Shown here in pieces: positions 25,232-36,944 of a stretch of DNA of 64,000 nucleotides. The notes below the pieces were generated by a model. The model was not told the DNA's origin. It ran no database searches and saw only the letters and a program-made list of their open reading frames with translations. The translations under genes were made by a program, and so were the position numbers. Within the stretch, counting starts at the first letter, position 1. The number at the start of each line of letters is the position of its first letter. The DNA lies in contig NC_043006.1 of assembly GCF_006345805.1 (NCBI RefSeq), positions 83,018,001 through 83,082,000 of the forward strand, read 5' to 3'. The stretch is from Octopus sinensis. Its lineage: Eukaryota.

Positions 25232-25436
25232 ACTCTTTTACTTGTTTCAGTTATTTGACTGCGGCCATGCTGGGGTACCGCCTTTAGTCGAGCAAATCGA
25301 CTCCAGGAATTATTCTTTGTAAGCCTAGTACATATTCTAACGGTCTCTTTTGCCGAACCGCTAAGTTACGGGGATGTAAATACACCACCATCGGTTGTCA
25401 AGCGATGTTGGGGCGGGGACAAACACAGACAGATAA

Positions 25437-25471
<35 letters not shown>

Positions 25472-25503
25472 TACACACACACATACACACACACACACAC
25501 ACA

Positions 25504-25548
<45 letters not shown>

Positions 25549-25710
25549 ACGGCCTTCTCTCAGTTTCCGTCTACCAAATCTACTCACAAAGGTTTGGTCG
25601 GCCCCGAGGCTAGAGTAGAAGACACTTGCCCAAGGTGCCACGCAGCAGGAATGAACCCGGAATCATGTGGTTCGTAAGCAAGCTACTTACCACACAGCCA
25701 CTCCTGTGCC
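25232..25710 (-). mobile_element. SINE family B
   Basis: Same head, core and tail as 61228-61695. Confidence 0.85.
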
Positions 25711-25734
25711 TTTTTATATATATAAATAAATAAT

Positions 25735-26097
25735 GGCATTCCGTCGTTTACGACGACGAGGGTTCAAGTTGTTCCGATCAGCGGAACAGCCTGCCAGCGA
25801 AATTAACGTGCAAGTGGCTGAGCACTCCACAGACACGTGTACCCTTAACGTAGTTGACGGGGAGATTCAGCGTGACACAGAGTGTGACAAGGCCGGCCCT
25901 TGGAAATACATGTAGAACAGAAACAGGAAGAAAGAGTGAGAGAAAGTTGTTGTGAAAGAATACAGCTGGGTTCGCCACCACCCGCTGCTTGTGCCTCGTG
26001 GAGCTCAATAAACATTCACAACGTCCGGTCTGAGAATCGAAACCTCGATCCTACAACCGCGAATCGGCTGCCCTAACCACTGGGCCATTGCGCGTCC
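25735..26097 (-). mobile_element. SINE family C
   Basis: Colinear with 1581-1966. Confidence 0.85.
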
Positions 26098-26160
26098 ACA
26101 CACACACACATTTATATATATATGTGTGTGTGTATAAATATATGCATATATATATATGTG

Positions 26161-26245
<85 letters not shown>

Positions 26246-26557
26246 TTATGACTAAACCCTTCATGGCGGTGGCTCAGCACGGCCGCAAGTAAATGGCTAA
26301 GAGAAGTAAAAGAGAGAATATAGCATATAAATGTTATACTATTACAAGTGTAGTTGTGAGTGTTGGATAAAATGAGTAACAGTGTTGAGTTGTGTCCCTT
26401 TAAAATATGCATTAACCTCTCAGTGTTTTATAAGCATTTTATCTTTTTCAAGTCGGTTAAATTTGCGCCTGTACTAATGGCAGAATAAACAAAGAGAGTA
26501 AAGGAGATGAAGGCATTGGTTTGTCACTAGATTATTTTTGACGACTGGAGACATGTT

Positions 26558-26703
26558 GACGAGTGAAGATATGTGGACGAGTGAAGATATGACGAATGAT
26601 TTGACGAGAGAAGATATGTGGACGAGTGAAGATATGACGAATGATTTGACGAGAGAAGATATGTGGACGAGTGAAGATATGACGAATGATTTGACGAGAG
26701 AAG
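26558..26703. repeat. 45-bp minisatellite, about 3.2 copies
   Basis: Unit GACGAGAGAAGATATGTGGACGAGTGAAGATATGACGAATGATTT. Confidence 0.9.
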
Positions 26704-27126
26704 GTGCAACGTAGGTCGTGTGGGTTTTGTTGAATTCAATTACTAAGTTTTTCGTATTTCTAAGTTTCCATTGACAACAATGAACTCAGCCGCGAATTTT
26801 ACTTTTACAAGCATCATTGCGGAATAAAATCGAACACCTCGTTGTAATCAATCCATACGGTCACCATTTTTCAATGGCATGATTATTTATTCGTTTGTTC
26901 GTTTGTTTTTGTTTGCTTGTTTATTTGGTTGGTTAGTTGTTTGTTTATCATTTCAGACACCACAGCCTTATTATATACGGTTACTTGACACCTACCCACA
27001 CATACTCCATTCCGCTTCTCAAGTTTTTAACAACTCGTCACCGTGATGAGTAATTAAAATGATTCTTTATGACCAAGTACAAAGCGCTTGAATAACTCGC
27101 CATTATTTAAATATTTACCTTCATTA

Positions 27127-28150
27127 AGGCGGCGAGTTGGCAGAAACGTTAGCGCGCCGGGCGAAATGCGTAGCCGTATTTCGTCTGCCGTTACGTTCTG
27201 AGTTCAAATTCTGCCGAGGTCGACTTTGTCTTTCATCCCTTCGGGGTCGATTAAATAAGTACCAGTTATGTACTAGGGACGATATAATCGATTTGATCCG
27301 TCTGTCTGTCCTTGTTTGTCCTCTCTGTGTTTAGTCCCTTGTGGGTAGTAAAGAAATAGCTATTTCGAAGGCGGTGAGCTGGCAGAGTCGTTAGCACGCC
27401 AGATGAAATGCTTTGCGTTATTTCGTCTGCCGTTACGTTCTGAGTTCAAATTCCGCCGAGGTTGACTTCGCATTTCATCCTTTCGGGGTCGATAAATTAA
27501 ATACCAGTTACGCACTGGGGTAAATATAATCGACTTAATCCGTTTGTCTGTCCTCTCTGTGTTTAGCCCCGTGTAGGTAGTAAAGAAATAGAAATAGGTA
27601 TTTCGTTTGCCACTACGTTCTGAGTTCAAATTTCGCCGAGGTCGACTTTGCTTTTCATGCTTTCGGGGTCGATTAAATAAGTACCAGTTACGCACTGGGG
27701 TCGATATAATCGACTTAATCCATTTGTCTGTCCTTGTTTATCCCCTCTATGTGTAGCCCCTTGTGGGCAGTAAAGAAATAAGAAACGTTAGCACGCCGGG
27801 CGAGATGCTTAGTGGTATTTCGTCTGCCGCTACGTTCTGAGTTCAAATTCCACCGAAGTCTACTTTGTCTTTCATTCTTTCAGGGTCGATAAATTAAGTA
27901 CCAGTTACGCACTGGGGTTGATATAATCGACGTAATCTGTTTGTCTGTTATTCTTTGTCTCCTCTGTGTTTAGACCCTTATGGGTAGTAAAGAAATAGGT
28001 ATTTCGTCTGCCGCTACGTTCTGAGTTCAAATTCCGCCGAGGTCGGCTTTGCCTTTCATCCTTTCGGGATCGATAAAATAAGTACCGGTTGAGCACTGGG
28101 GTCGATACAATTGACTTACCCTCTCCCTTAAATTGCTGGCCTTGTGTCAA
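27127..28150 (+). mobile_element. Head-to-tail array of five SINE family A copies
   Basis: Units start near 27127, 27369, 27597, 27781 and 27998, each with GAGTTCAAAT and the GGTC(G)AT core. Confidence 0.88.
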
Positions 28151-28726
28151 CTTAATCCATTAACAATGAAAACACTGTTAACCATCATTTCATTCTGATG
28201 ATGGGGAGTTGGAAGGCCTTGGAATTGTAATGGATTGATGGATTCAGGAATGCCATTACTTCAAACTACAGATAAAGAAGTAAGGAAAACCTATGAGGAA
28301 TGCTTAACATAAAATATCCAACAATTACATAACTGTGTCTTCCACGTCTTTAAAAGAAAAGCTAAGTTTTATTTGTACGGCAGTCTCTCGTAGTCCGAGA
28401 AGTGCGGTTCTGTAATTTCTTGTTGAACAAGCTGTACAAATGATTTGTTATAGTGATCAAATTAAGCTCCCTCTTTCCATCAAATCGACGTTGCCTGAAG
28501 AGGTGCACTGTGTACCACTTGACAGGAGTCGAAGGGATCGCAGAGCAAAGTGAGGTGAAGTGTCTCGCTCAAGAACACAACTCACTGCCCAGTCGAGGAA
28601 ATGAAACCACGATCTCACGCTGATGAGTGTAACAGCCTATCCACTAACCCATACGTCCTTACACGTTCAATTTATATAAAATATACAACCGTACATACAT
28701 ATGCATATATGTGTAGATAGATAGAT

Positions 28727-28773
<47 letters not shown>

Positions 28774-28807
28774 CTTACATACATGCATACATACATACAT
28801 ACATACA

Positions 28808-28838
<31 letters not shown>

Positions 28839-29024
28839 TTGCATACATATGTCCTAGCAAAATTCGTTAGTATAAGAGTGTACATTTGATCACATGTAAT
28901 ACACACGTGTTTACTTGCTAATATATGTCCGTTTTCGCTATATTACTCGGCTAAAATGATACGCCAAGTGGATACTGACTCCATAAAATCCGGCGTCCCT
29001 CCCACATTAACTTTTTTGTACCAC

Positions 29025-29055
<31 letters not shown>

Positions 29056-29063
29056 ATGATAAC

Positions 29064-29133
<70 letters not shown>

Positions 29134-29135
<2 letters not shown>

Positions 29136-29686
29136 GCCCTGATGCAGTACCAGGCAGTGGCTCTCATAGCTTCTGATCTTAACTGATTGGAAGTGTTATC
29201 ATGTACATTGTTTTGTCTTGGTATAAAAGATGGGCTACAGCAAATATTCTGCTCAATACCACAGATTTGCTTGTCAGTTGTTTGACCTTAACCAGTTGAG
29301 CATGTTCCTTAGTGGCTGACGATATGTGCATCTCTGATCACGAGCAGTAGTGGGGGAGCATCATAGCCATGTGTTGAGAGGGATTCTTTGGGGTTTGAAT
29401 AATTCACCTCTGGAAACATGGGTGGTTCTTTCAACATCCTTAAACAACCCTTATTCAGGGACCTTTTGAGCGGGATGGGCTACTCAACCTGAAGAAAATT
29501 CTAACTGGGCCCCACCTGCAAGGTCATGTGCTGTTTATCTTGATATGAGATCACCATGTCGCGCACATATGGTTGTGATGCATGTGCCTGGTGTACCCTT
29601 ATCAGACGGGTAGTCATGATGGGTATATTGGGCTTCGTATATTTTACCCCAGTGTCACTTTGATGGCATACACTGCTCTCTCACTC
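29134..29686 (+). mobile_element. Full-length ~555-bp retroposon
   Basis: (TAA)n-ATGCCCTGATGCAG...CTGCTCTCTCACTC-(AAT)n. A diverged second copy follows at ~29720-30201. Confidence 0.85.
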
Positions 29687-30220
29687 AATAATAATAATAA
29701 CAATAACAATAATAATTGTACGTTATTTTGTCTTGGTGTAAAAGATGGGCTACAGCAAATATTCTGCTCAATACCACAGATTTGCTTGTCAGTTGCTTGA
29801 CCATAACCAGCTGAGCATATATGTCCTTTAGTGGATGGCGATATATGCATCTCTGATAACGAGCAGCAGTAGTGGCGGAGCACCATAACCATGTGTTGAG
29901 AGGAATTCTTTGCGGTTTGAATAATTCACCTTTGGAAACTTGGGTGTTTTGTTCATCATCCTTAGACAAACTTTATTCAGGGACCTTTTGAGCAGGATAG
30001 GCTACTCGACCTGAAGAAAATTCTAACTGGACACCACCTGCAAGGTCGTGCGCTGTTTATCTTGATATGAGATCACTATGTCGCGCACATATGGTTGTGA
30101 TGCATGTGCCTGGTGTATCCTTATCAGCCGGACGATCATAATGAGTATACTGGGCGTCTCATCTTTTACCAGTGTCTCTCTTACTCACTGCTCTCTCACT
30201 CAATAATAATAATTATAATG

Positions 30221-30277
<57 letters not shown>

Positions 30278-31949
30278 GCTTCAAATTATGGAATAAGGCC
30301 AGTAATTTGGGGGTAGAGCATAAGTCGATTACAGCGATCCCAGTGGTCAACTGGTACTTATTTTATCGACCTCAAAAGGATGAAAGGGTAAGATGATCTC
30401 GATGGAACTTGAACTCAAAACGTTAACACAGACGAAATGCCGCTAAGCACTTTGACGGGCGTGCTAACGTATCTGCCATCTTACTACCTTAACAAGAATG
30501 GCTTCAGATTTAGGCACAAGGCCAGCAATTTGGAGGAAGAAGGTAGTCGATTGCATCAATCCCAGTGTGCAACTAGTACTTATTTTATCGATCCAGAAAC
30601 TATGAAATGTCGCTAAGCATCAAGCCCGGCGTGCTAAGAACAACAACAACAAGAACAACAAGAACAACAACAACAACAACAACAAGAACAACAACAAGAA
30701 CAACAACAAGAACAAGAAGAACAAGAAGAACAAGAACAACAACAACATGAGGGGGGTGAGGAGGCGAGCAGGAGGACTGGGAGGAGTGGTATGGTGGTGA
30801 TTGTGGTAGCTGTGGTGGTCGTGTTGATGATGATGATGATGATGATGATTATTATCATTATTATTATTATTTGCTGCGGAACAAATCGGATGTGTTTTCG
30901 AACACTCCAAGTCCAGTTCAAAATATTTATTTACCCCAGGATTGGTGTCCTTCTGCAATAATTATTTTATTCCAAGTTGTGAAAAGAAACACCAGGAACC
31001 TCTTACTGGATTTTTATGGTTGTATAGCCCCCACAGGGGCAATTTTCGGCCCACCAAATAATCTCCGTGGGCGTTAAATATAATTGAATCAAATACAACT
31101 CAACAACATGGTGATGTGCTTCTTGAAAGACTTGAGACAAAATCAAAACAAACCCTCCTACCAATATGGTAGTGGATAAAGACTTCCCTCCGTTACGGAC
31201 AACAACACAGGGTAAGTGGGGAGGAGGAAAACAAGACTGTCATGGTTCAAAGTCCAACAGTAACAATAATAGTAGCAGAAATACTAACAGCGGTAGAAAT
31301 GACTACAGCAATTGTAGTAGTGATAGCAACAACCACAAAAAAGGCAGCAATATCAACAACAACAACAACAACGAGTGCAACAGTGACAACAACAACAACA
31401 AAAGCAATACTAGCAACATGGATAAGAACAACAACAACAACGGTGGAGGGGCAATGGCCCAGTGGTTAGGGCAGCGGACTCGCGGTCGTAAGAACGCGTT
31501 TTCGATTCCCAGACCGGGCATTATGAGTGTTTATTGAGCAAAACATCTAAGCTTCACTCTTTCACCACAACTTTCTCTCACTCCTTCTTCCTGCTTCTGC
31601 CACAAAGCAGACGAACCATGGTGTAACCCACTATAGTGTGGTAAGCTTTCAGATCCTAGTCTAGATTGCGAATCCTCTGTACCCTAGGATGGTTCAGCTC
31701 TCCATCCGTTATAAGCCACCGTTTACGGAATGAGGATAACAACGTAGCTTTCGCGCCCGTGCAACCACCAGTCTATCGCGTGTTGTGAGTGGATCTTCAA
31801 GTTGCCACACGCATTCTTAGTAGCTCGAATTAGAGATTATTCTCTGTGGCTAATGGCGTGAGTCCTGATTGGAAGAAGAAGAAGAAGAAGAAGAAGAAGA
31901 AGAAGAAGAAGAAGAAGAAGAAGAAGAAGAAGAAGAAGAAGAAGACAAC

Positions 31950-32270
31950 AATGGTAGTCGCGGCTCTCAGAAGGGAGATTAGAGTAATGTTGTTAGGGTT
32001 TAGCAAAGAAATAGCGTTAGAAAAAAATAGAAAAGAGGATGGGTTAGTAGCTGAACTAGACGAGGCTATTTGTAGCGGAATTGCAACCGACGTGCTAGCA
32101 GAGACAATGGCATTAGATCAGTTCTTCAATGCGAAACATGAAGGTTGCATTGTCAGAGATAAGGCGCGTACTCAGAAAAATTAGGGGATCAAAGCTGTTC
32201 GATGGGCTCGCATGGCGGAGGTGCAGCGTGGTAGCAAACCACAATTCGGTCTTTGACGGACCAAGACGGT
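31950..32270 (+). mobile_element. Tx1/L1-like ORF2 linker fragment
   Basis: Follows (GAA)n. Its last ~35 bp (caattcggtctttgacggaccaa) match the 5' end of the minus-strand LINE at 39460-39490. Confidence 0.6.
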
Positions 32271-32279
32271 ATACTTTTA

Positions 32280-32356
32280 CCTTCTGAAGATATCCTCAGG
32301 TCATATAAATTTAATATTTAATATTTGCTGAGTATTAATTGAAACAGCTGTAAGGG
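32280..32356 (+). ncRNA. Degenerate type-I hammerhead (ACAGCUGU family)
   Basis: Stem I CCUU/AGGG, CUGAAGA, stem II CUCAG/CUGAG with imperfect base, GAAA-CAGCUG-UA. Confidence 0.45.
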
Positions 32357-32561
32357 ATGATGATTAATTTTCTGTTAATAATAAACAATTATTAACTTCC
32401 CAATCTCTATTTCTTTTTCTTCTTTTATAAGAATATAAACTGTTTTCATATATATACCTGCTAGTTTAAGGAAATATATTTTCCAAAAATACTAGGTATT
32501 GAACCAGTAATTCCTTGGATGAAACCATCCCTTCATGAAGCTAACAGAACTTCTAATCAAA

Positions 32562-32629
<68 letters not shown>

Positions 32630-33049
32630 TATGTATGAATGTATGTATGTATGTTTGTATATATGTGCATATATATAGGTATTATGGAAACGCACATAGG
32701 TATTCACACGCATACACACGTAGAAATGTGTGCGTGTGTGTGTGTGTGTGTGCAGGAAACGAGATTTGGAAGCTATCTTAAGATACTTTTATTTTTAAAA
32801 GAAATATATGTTAATGAAATGGTGATAAGTTATCTACAACAAGATATATACGATTCACAAAATATCTGTCGGTAGGGGGCTGCTATGTGAACCAGTTTTA
32901 AACCAATAAGTATGAGTTGGACTTCAGTCTTACCAAAAGTGGTATGCATAGCTTTCTAAAGTCATATGTAGGAAAAGGGGCCACGATGTTATGGAAGAAT
33001 AGCAGTGAATGAGATTCTGTAAAGTTCATGCCATCTTCATTTATTCATA

Positions 33050-33392
33050 ACGTGTTTTAATAATAGGACTGCGACCATGTTGGAGCACCGTTTTGCAGTG
33101 TTACTCGAACAAATTGCCCTCCTCGATAACTGTTTTAGGTCTGGTACTTTTGTTACCCGCTTCTTTTGCCGAACCACCAAGTTACAGGGATGTAAATAAA
33201 CCAACATTGGCGGGCTTTCGAACTGTTTCCATCTATCCTGATTACATACCCAACACTCATGTCATCTCTAAGTTATGGAAAAAGACGTTTTCCCAGTCTT
33301 ACGCAACGGGATCAAACAGAGAACTGTGTGATAATATATTTTCATCGGTTTTCAAGCGATGGTGGGGGGACAAACACAGACACACACACAAC

Positions 33393-33425
<33 letters not shown>

Positions 33426-33566
33426 GACGGGCTTCTTTGAGGTTCCATCTACCAGATCTACTCACAAGGCTTTGGTGGAGCCCGAGACCATAGTAGAAAA
33501 CACTTGCCCAAGGTGCCACACAGTGGAACTGAACCCGGAACCATGTGGCTGGTAAGCAAGCTACTT
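33050..33566 (-). mobile_element. SINE family B body, split from its head (35795-35833) by an insertion
   Basis: The consensus ...GGTAAGCAAGCTACTT|ACCACACAGCC is interrupted exactly at this point. Confidence 0.8.
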
Positions 33567-35794
33567 TATTCCAACAAATTTTCCCATAAAGGCATGATAC
33601 AGAGTAGCTTGTGGGCTGGACAGAAACATTCATGAGATGAATGAGGAAATAAAATGATATTAATGGGAGAAGACAAAAAACGCCCGTCGAATTTTTGCTT
33701 CTCTAAAACATTATTTTTTACACAAAAAACAAACCGAGCTACTGAACCTCTCACTTCCGTTTTTACAATTATTGGACTTAATAGTCCATTTACAAATTAA
33801 AAAATTATTTTTTAAACAAAAAAAAACGTGGTATTGAACCTCTTACTACAGTTTTTACAATTATTGGACTTAATAGTCCATTTACAAATTAAAAAATTAT
33901 TTTTTAAACAAAAAAAAAACGTGGTATTGAACCTCTTACTACAGTTTTTACAATTTTTGGACTAAATAGTCCATTTACAAATTGAGGCGCTGAGCCACTT
34001 ACACACTTAAACATTATAACACAGGCTTTTCAACCTCTTGTCAATTTTCCTCTCCAACATCGCTTGTGCCCGTATACTCCGCCATCACCCACACCTTGTT
34101 TAAAACCAAGGGGGCTCTGAGTCGGCGTCGCCCGGCCACAAGCGATATTCCTTTTTGAGTCCCTCCACGGGCAACGTTATGGCCTCCACAGATATCTGCG
34201 GAGGCCATTCGGGTTCCCGTGGGAAAGTTAAAGGTAGTCCCTTACAGTGTTTTTTCACAACCTTTTCTACCTCTCCACCTCTGTAGAAGATCAATAATTT
34301 GACTTCCTCCGGGGTCGAGGTAGTCAATTCTGCCGTTGGCGGCACAATTCCGCCAACGGTGTCGCTTCCTCTACCGGTGGCACAACTAACGAGGTTCCGG
34401 GACATTCTGGTGCTATGTCACCGACTGCCGGCAATGTCCCGTTTTTCTTCCTCTTCCTCATTTTTTCTTCTCAACTGAGGGAGGCTGTGTCTCCTCCGTG
34501 ACCGGAGATTTGCTTCCCCTCCCTCATCCCTAGGACCCTTCGGTGAGCACCCATTACTGCTCAACTTCTTCCTCTTGCTGCCCTTCTTTGAGGAGTCCTC
34601 CGCCTCCTCGGCAGCCTTCGTTCTTTCTACAGAAGTCTGCATCAACTGCTTCAGGATATTGCGTTGTTCCTGAGGACAGTTTTTCTTTGTATGGCCAGGT
34701 TCAGGACACCGATGACACCTGGGGGGGGGGGGGGGCGATCCTCAAGAATCACTGGGTACCCGCACCCGGCCATCCTCAAAAAATCTGGAAAAACCAGATT
34801 ATCGGCTGATTGGGTCCACAGGGTCAAAACTGCTTTCGACCCACCCAATCAGCCGCAGGTAGAATTTTGACATTTAAGAGCTTGGCTCTGCTGCCACCCA
34901 GACCCCGACGGATAGTGTCTTCTATCCATTCGGGCTCTATTCCGGGTAGCAGTCCACACACCCAAGCTCTTGTCAATTTCCTCCCACCATATGTGGGGAG
35001 AAACAGAATTTTCTCCCCTTCCAAGGGTTGGCTCGCAAAATCTCGAGCCTCCCCAGGAGTGTCAAACAGCAACCACACTGTTGCATATTTGACACCCCTT
35101 GCAATAAACTTAATAGTTGGCAGATATTCTACCAACTCCTTTTCAATATCCGCCAGAGAGAATACAGTGATGGTGTCGAGGGACTTAGAATATGTCCTCA
35201 ACACCACCGTTCTCTCATTAAAGTTTTTTCCCACTGCTTGGGGGCCACAATTTGCCACTCCAATTTTTTTTGCCATGCTTACAAAAGAAAAAATAAAGTA
35301 AAATGTTCAACACAAAATCCAAAATGTTCCAAATAAAAAGTCCAATAAAAACAAAAAAGAACAGAAAGACAGTGCAGAGAGAAAGAACGAAGGAAAACAG
35401 TTCAATTCACGGCAACACAATTCCGCTACTCAGGTAATCCACAAGAATACATGTATGCCAGTTCACCGTCGCACCACACGAAAATTCCTCCACGAATTCA
35501 TAAATTTTCTAAATTTTGATATCGAGACACGCCCACCAAAACAACAATTCTCACAGCTAAGTGAGTCACTCGGCGCGACCGCAACAGACAAATGTCTAGG
35601 TTCCAGTGGATTTCTTACTCGAGAAAAAACAATATAAAAAAAAAATTTTTAATTTCCCACCGAATACCTAAAATGACAGAAGCCTATCTTGCAGTCGCGC
35701 CTTCAACGGTTCTTTAATTCAAGACGGCTTCCAAGCACGTCTTGATAATGTTCACTCTCGTAAGTGACTGACAAACTCACGCATGCGTAAGCGA
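33567..35794 (-). mobile_element. ORF1-only (HAL1-like) non-LTR retroelement, 2.2 kb, 16-bp TSD
   Basis: TSD GGTAAGCAAGCTACTT (33551-33566) / GGTAAGCAATCTATTT (35795-35810). ~520-bp 5' UTR. Disrupted ORF 35276-34100 with CHRCPEPGHTKKNC (CX2CX4HX4C, 34717-34676). AATAAA at the 3' junction. No RT or endonuclease coding seen. Confidence 0.75.
33743..33983. repeat. ~92-bp tandem repeat (2.6 copies) in the 3' UTR of the ORF1-only element
   Basis: TGAACCTC recurs at 33743, 33835 and 33928. Confidence 0.9.
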
Positions 35795-36216
35795 GGTAAG
35801 CAATCTATTTACCACACAGCCACTCCTGCGCCTATCTTAATTTATTTCATATCGCATTTCTTGCTAGATTACAAGTTCTGATCACAGCGACTCTAATACT
35901 TAACTGGTACTTAATTTATCGACCTCGACGGAATTTGAACTCAGAACATGAAGACGGACGAAATACCACTAAGCATTTTCCCCGGTGTGCTAACGATTCT
36001 GCCAGCTCGCTGCCTTAATAATAATAATAATCCTTTCTACTGGAAGCACAAAGCCTCAAATTTGGGGGAAGAGATTAAGTCATTTACATCGACTCCATAC
36101 TAATTTTATCGAACTCGAAAAGATGAAAGGCAAAATCAACCTCGGCAGAATTTGAACTCAGATGGACGAAATACCGCTAAGCATTTCACCTGCCGTTCTA
36201 ACGATTTTGCAGCCAG

Positions 36217-36864
36217 CACTTTCCGGACTATTCGAGCGGTTCCAAGCAGTGCTGTTTTCTGCAAGTGCTCCAACTTTATTACAGCCCCTATTTCTTCCAC
36301 GTACTTCTCGAGATTTTTGCTCACTGTTCCCAGGGGCCCAAAAATTATTGGTACTACTGTTACTTTTTTCATTGACCATAACTGCTTAACTTCCCAAGCT
36401 AACCTGTCATATCTCTCGACTTTTCTTTATTCCTTATTGCATACCTTTATTGTCAGCTGGGCATGCTATATCTATGATCCAGCATAGTTTGTTTTCTTTC
36501 TCAATTAAGACTATGTCCGGCTTCCAATTCTCTTTGGTTAAGTGCGATAGAGAATAGGAAGCCGGATATAGTCTTAACTGAGAAAGAAAACAAACAATGA
36601 TGGATCATAGATATAGCATGCTTGGCTGACAAGAAAGTATGCGACAAGGAAGAAAGAAAAGTAGATAGATATAACAGGTTAGCTTGGAAAGTTAAGCAGT
36701 TGTAGTCGATGAAAACGGTTGCAGTAGTACCAATAATTGTCGGAGCTCTGGGAACAGTGAGCAAAAATCTCTAGAAGTACGTGGAACAAATAGGGGCTGC
36801 AATAAGGGTGGATCACTTGCAGAAAACAGCACTGCTTGGAACCGCTCGAATACTCCGGAAAGTG
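36217..36864. mobile_element. Head-to-head inverted pair of R4/Dong family 3 3' fragments
   Basis: Arms 36217-36533 (minus) and 36550-36864 (plus) both encode RKPDIV...VVPII.G.LGTVSKNL...LQKTALLGTARI. Confidence 0.8.
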
Positions 36865-36944
36865 TTCGAAAAATAAGAACAGCTGACACTATAGTACATC
36901 ATCAGCGTTAGAAGCTGTGCAAAGGCAATAATAATAATAATAAT

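Noticed and set aside
26558-26703. Possible CRISPR-like array (also 33743-33983 and the SINE array at 27127-28150)
   Set aside because: Contiguous tandem units without unique spacers, eukaryotic context, no cas genes.
28190-28260. Isolated CTGATGA (also near 24663)
   Set aside because: No downstream stem II-GAAA-stem III arrangement.
29134-29210. CCCTGATGCAG at the 5' end of the ~555-bp element as a hammerhead or HDV ribozyme
   Set aside because: The core reads CUGAUGC with no matching GAAA/stem III, and I could not build the HDV nested double pseudoknot by eye.
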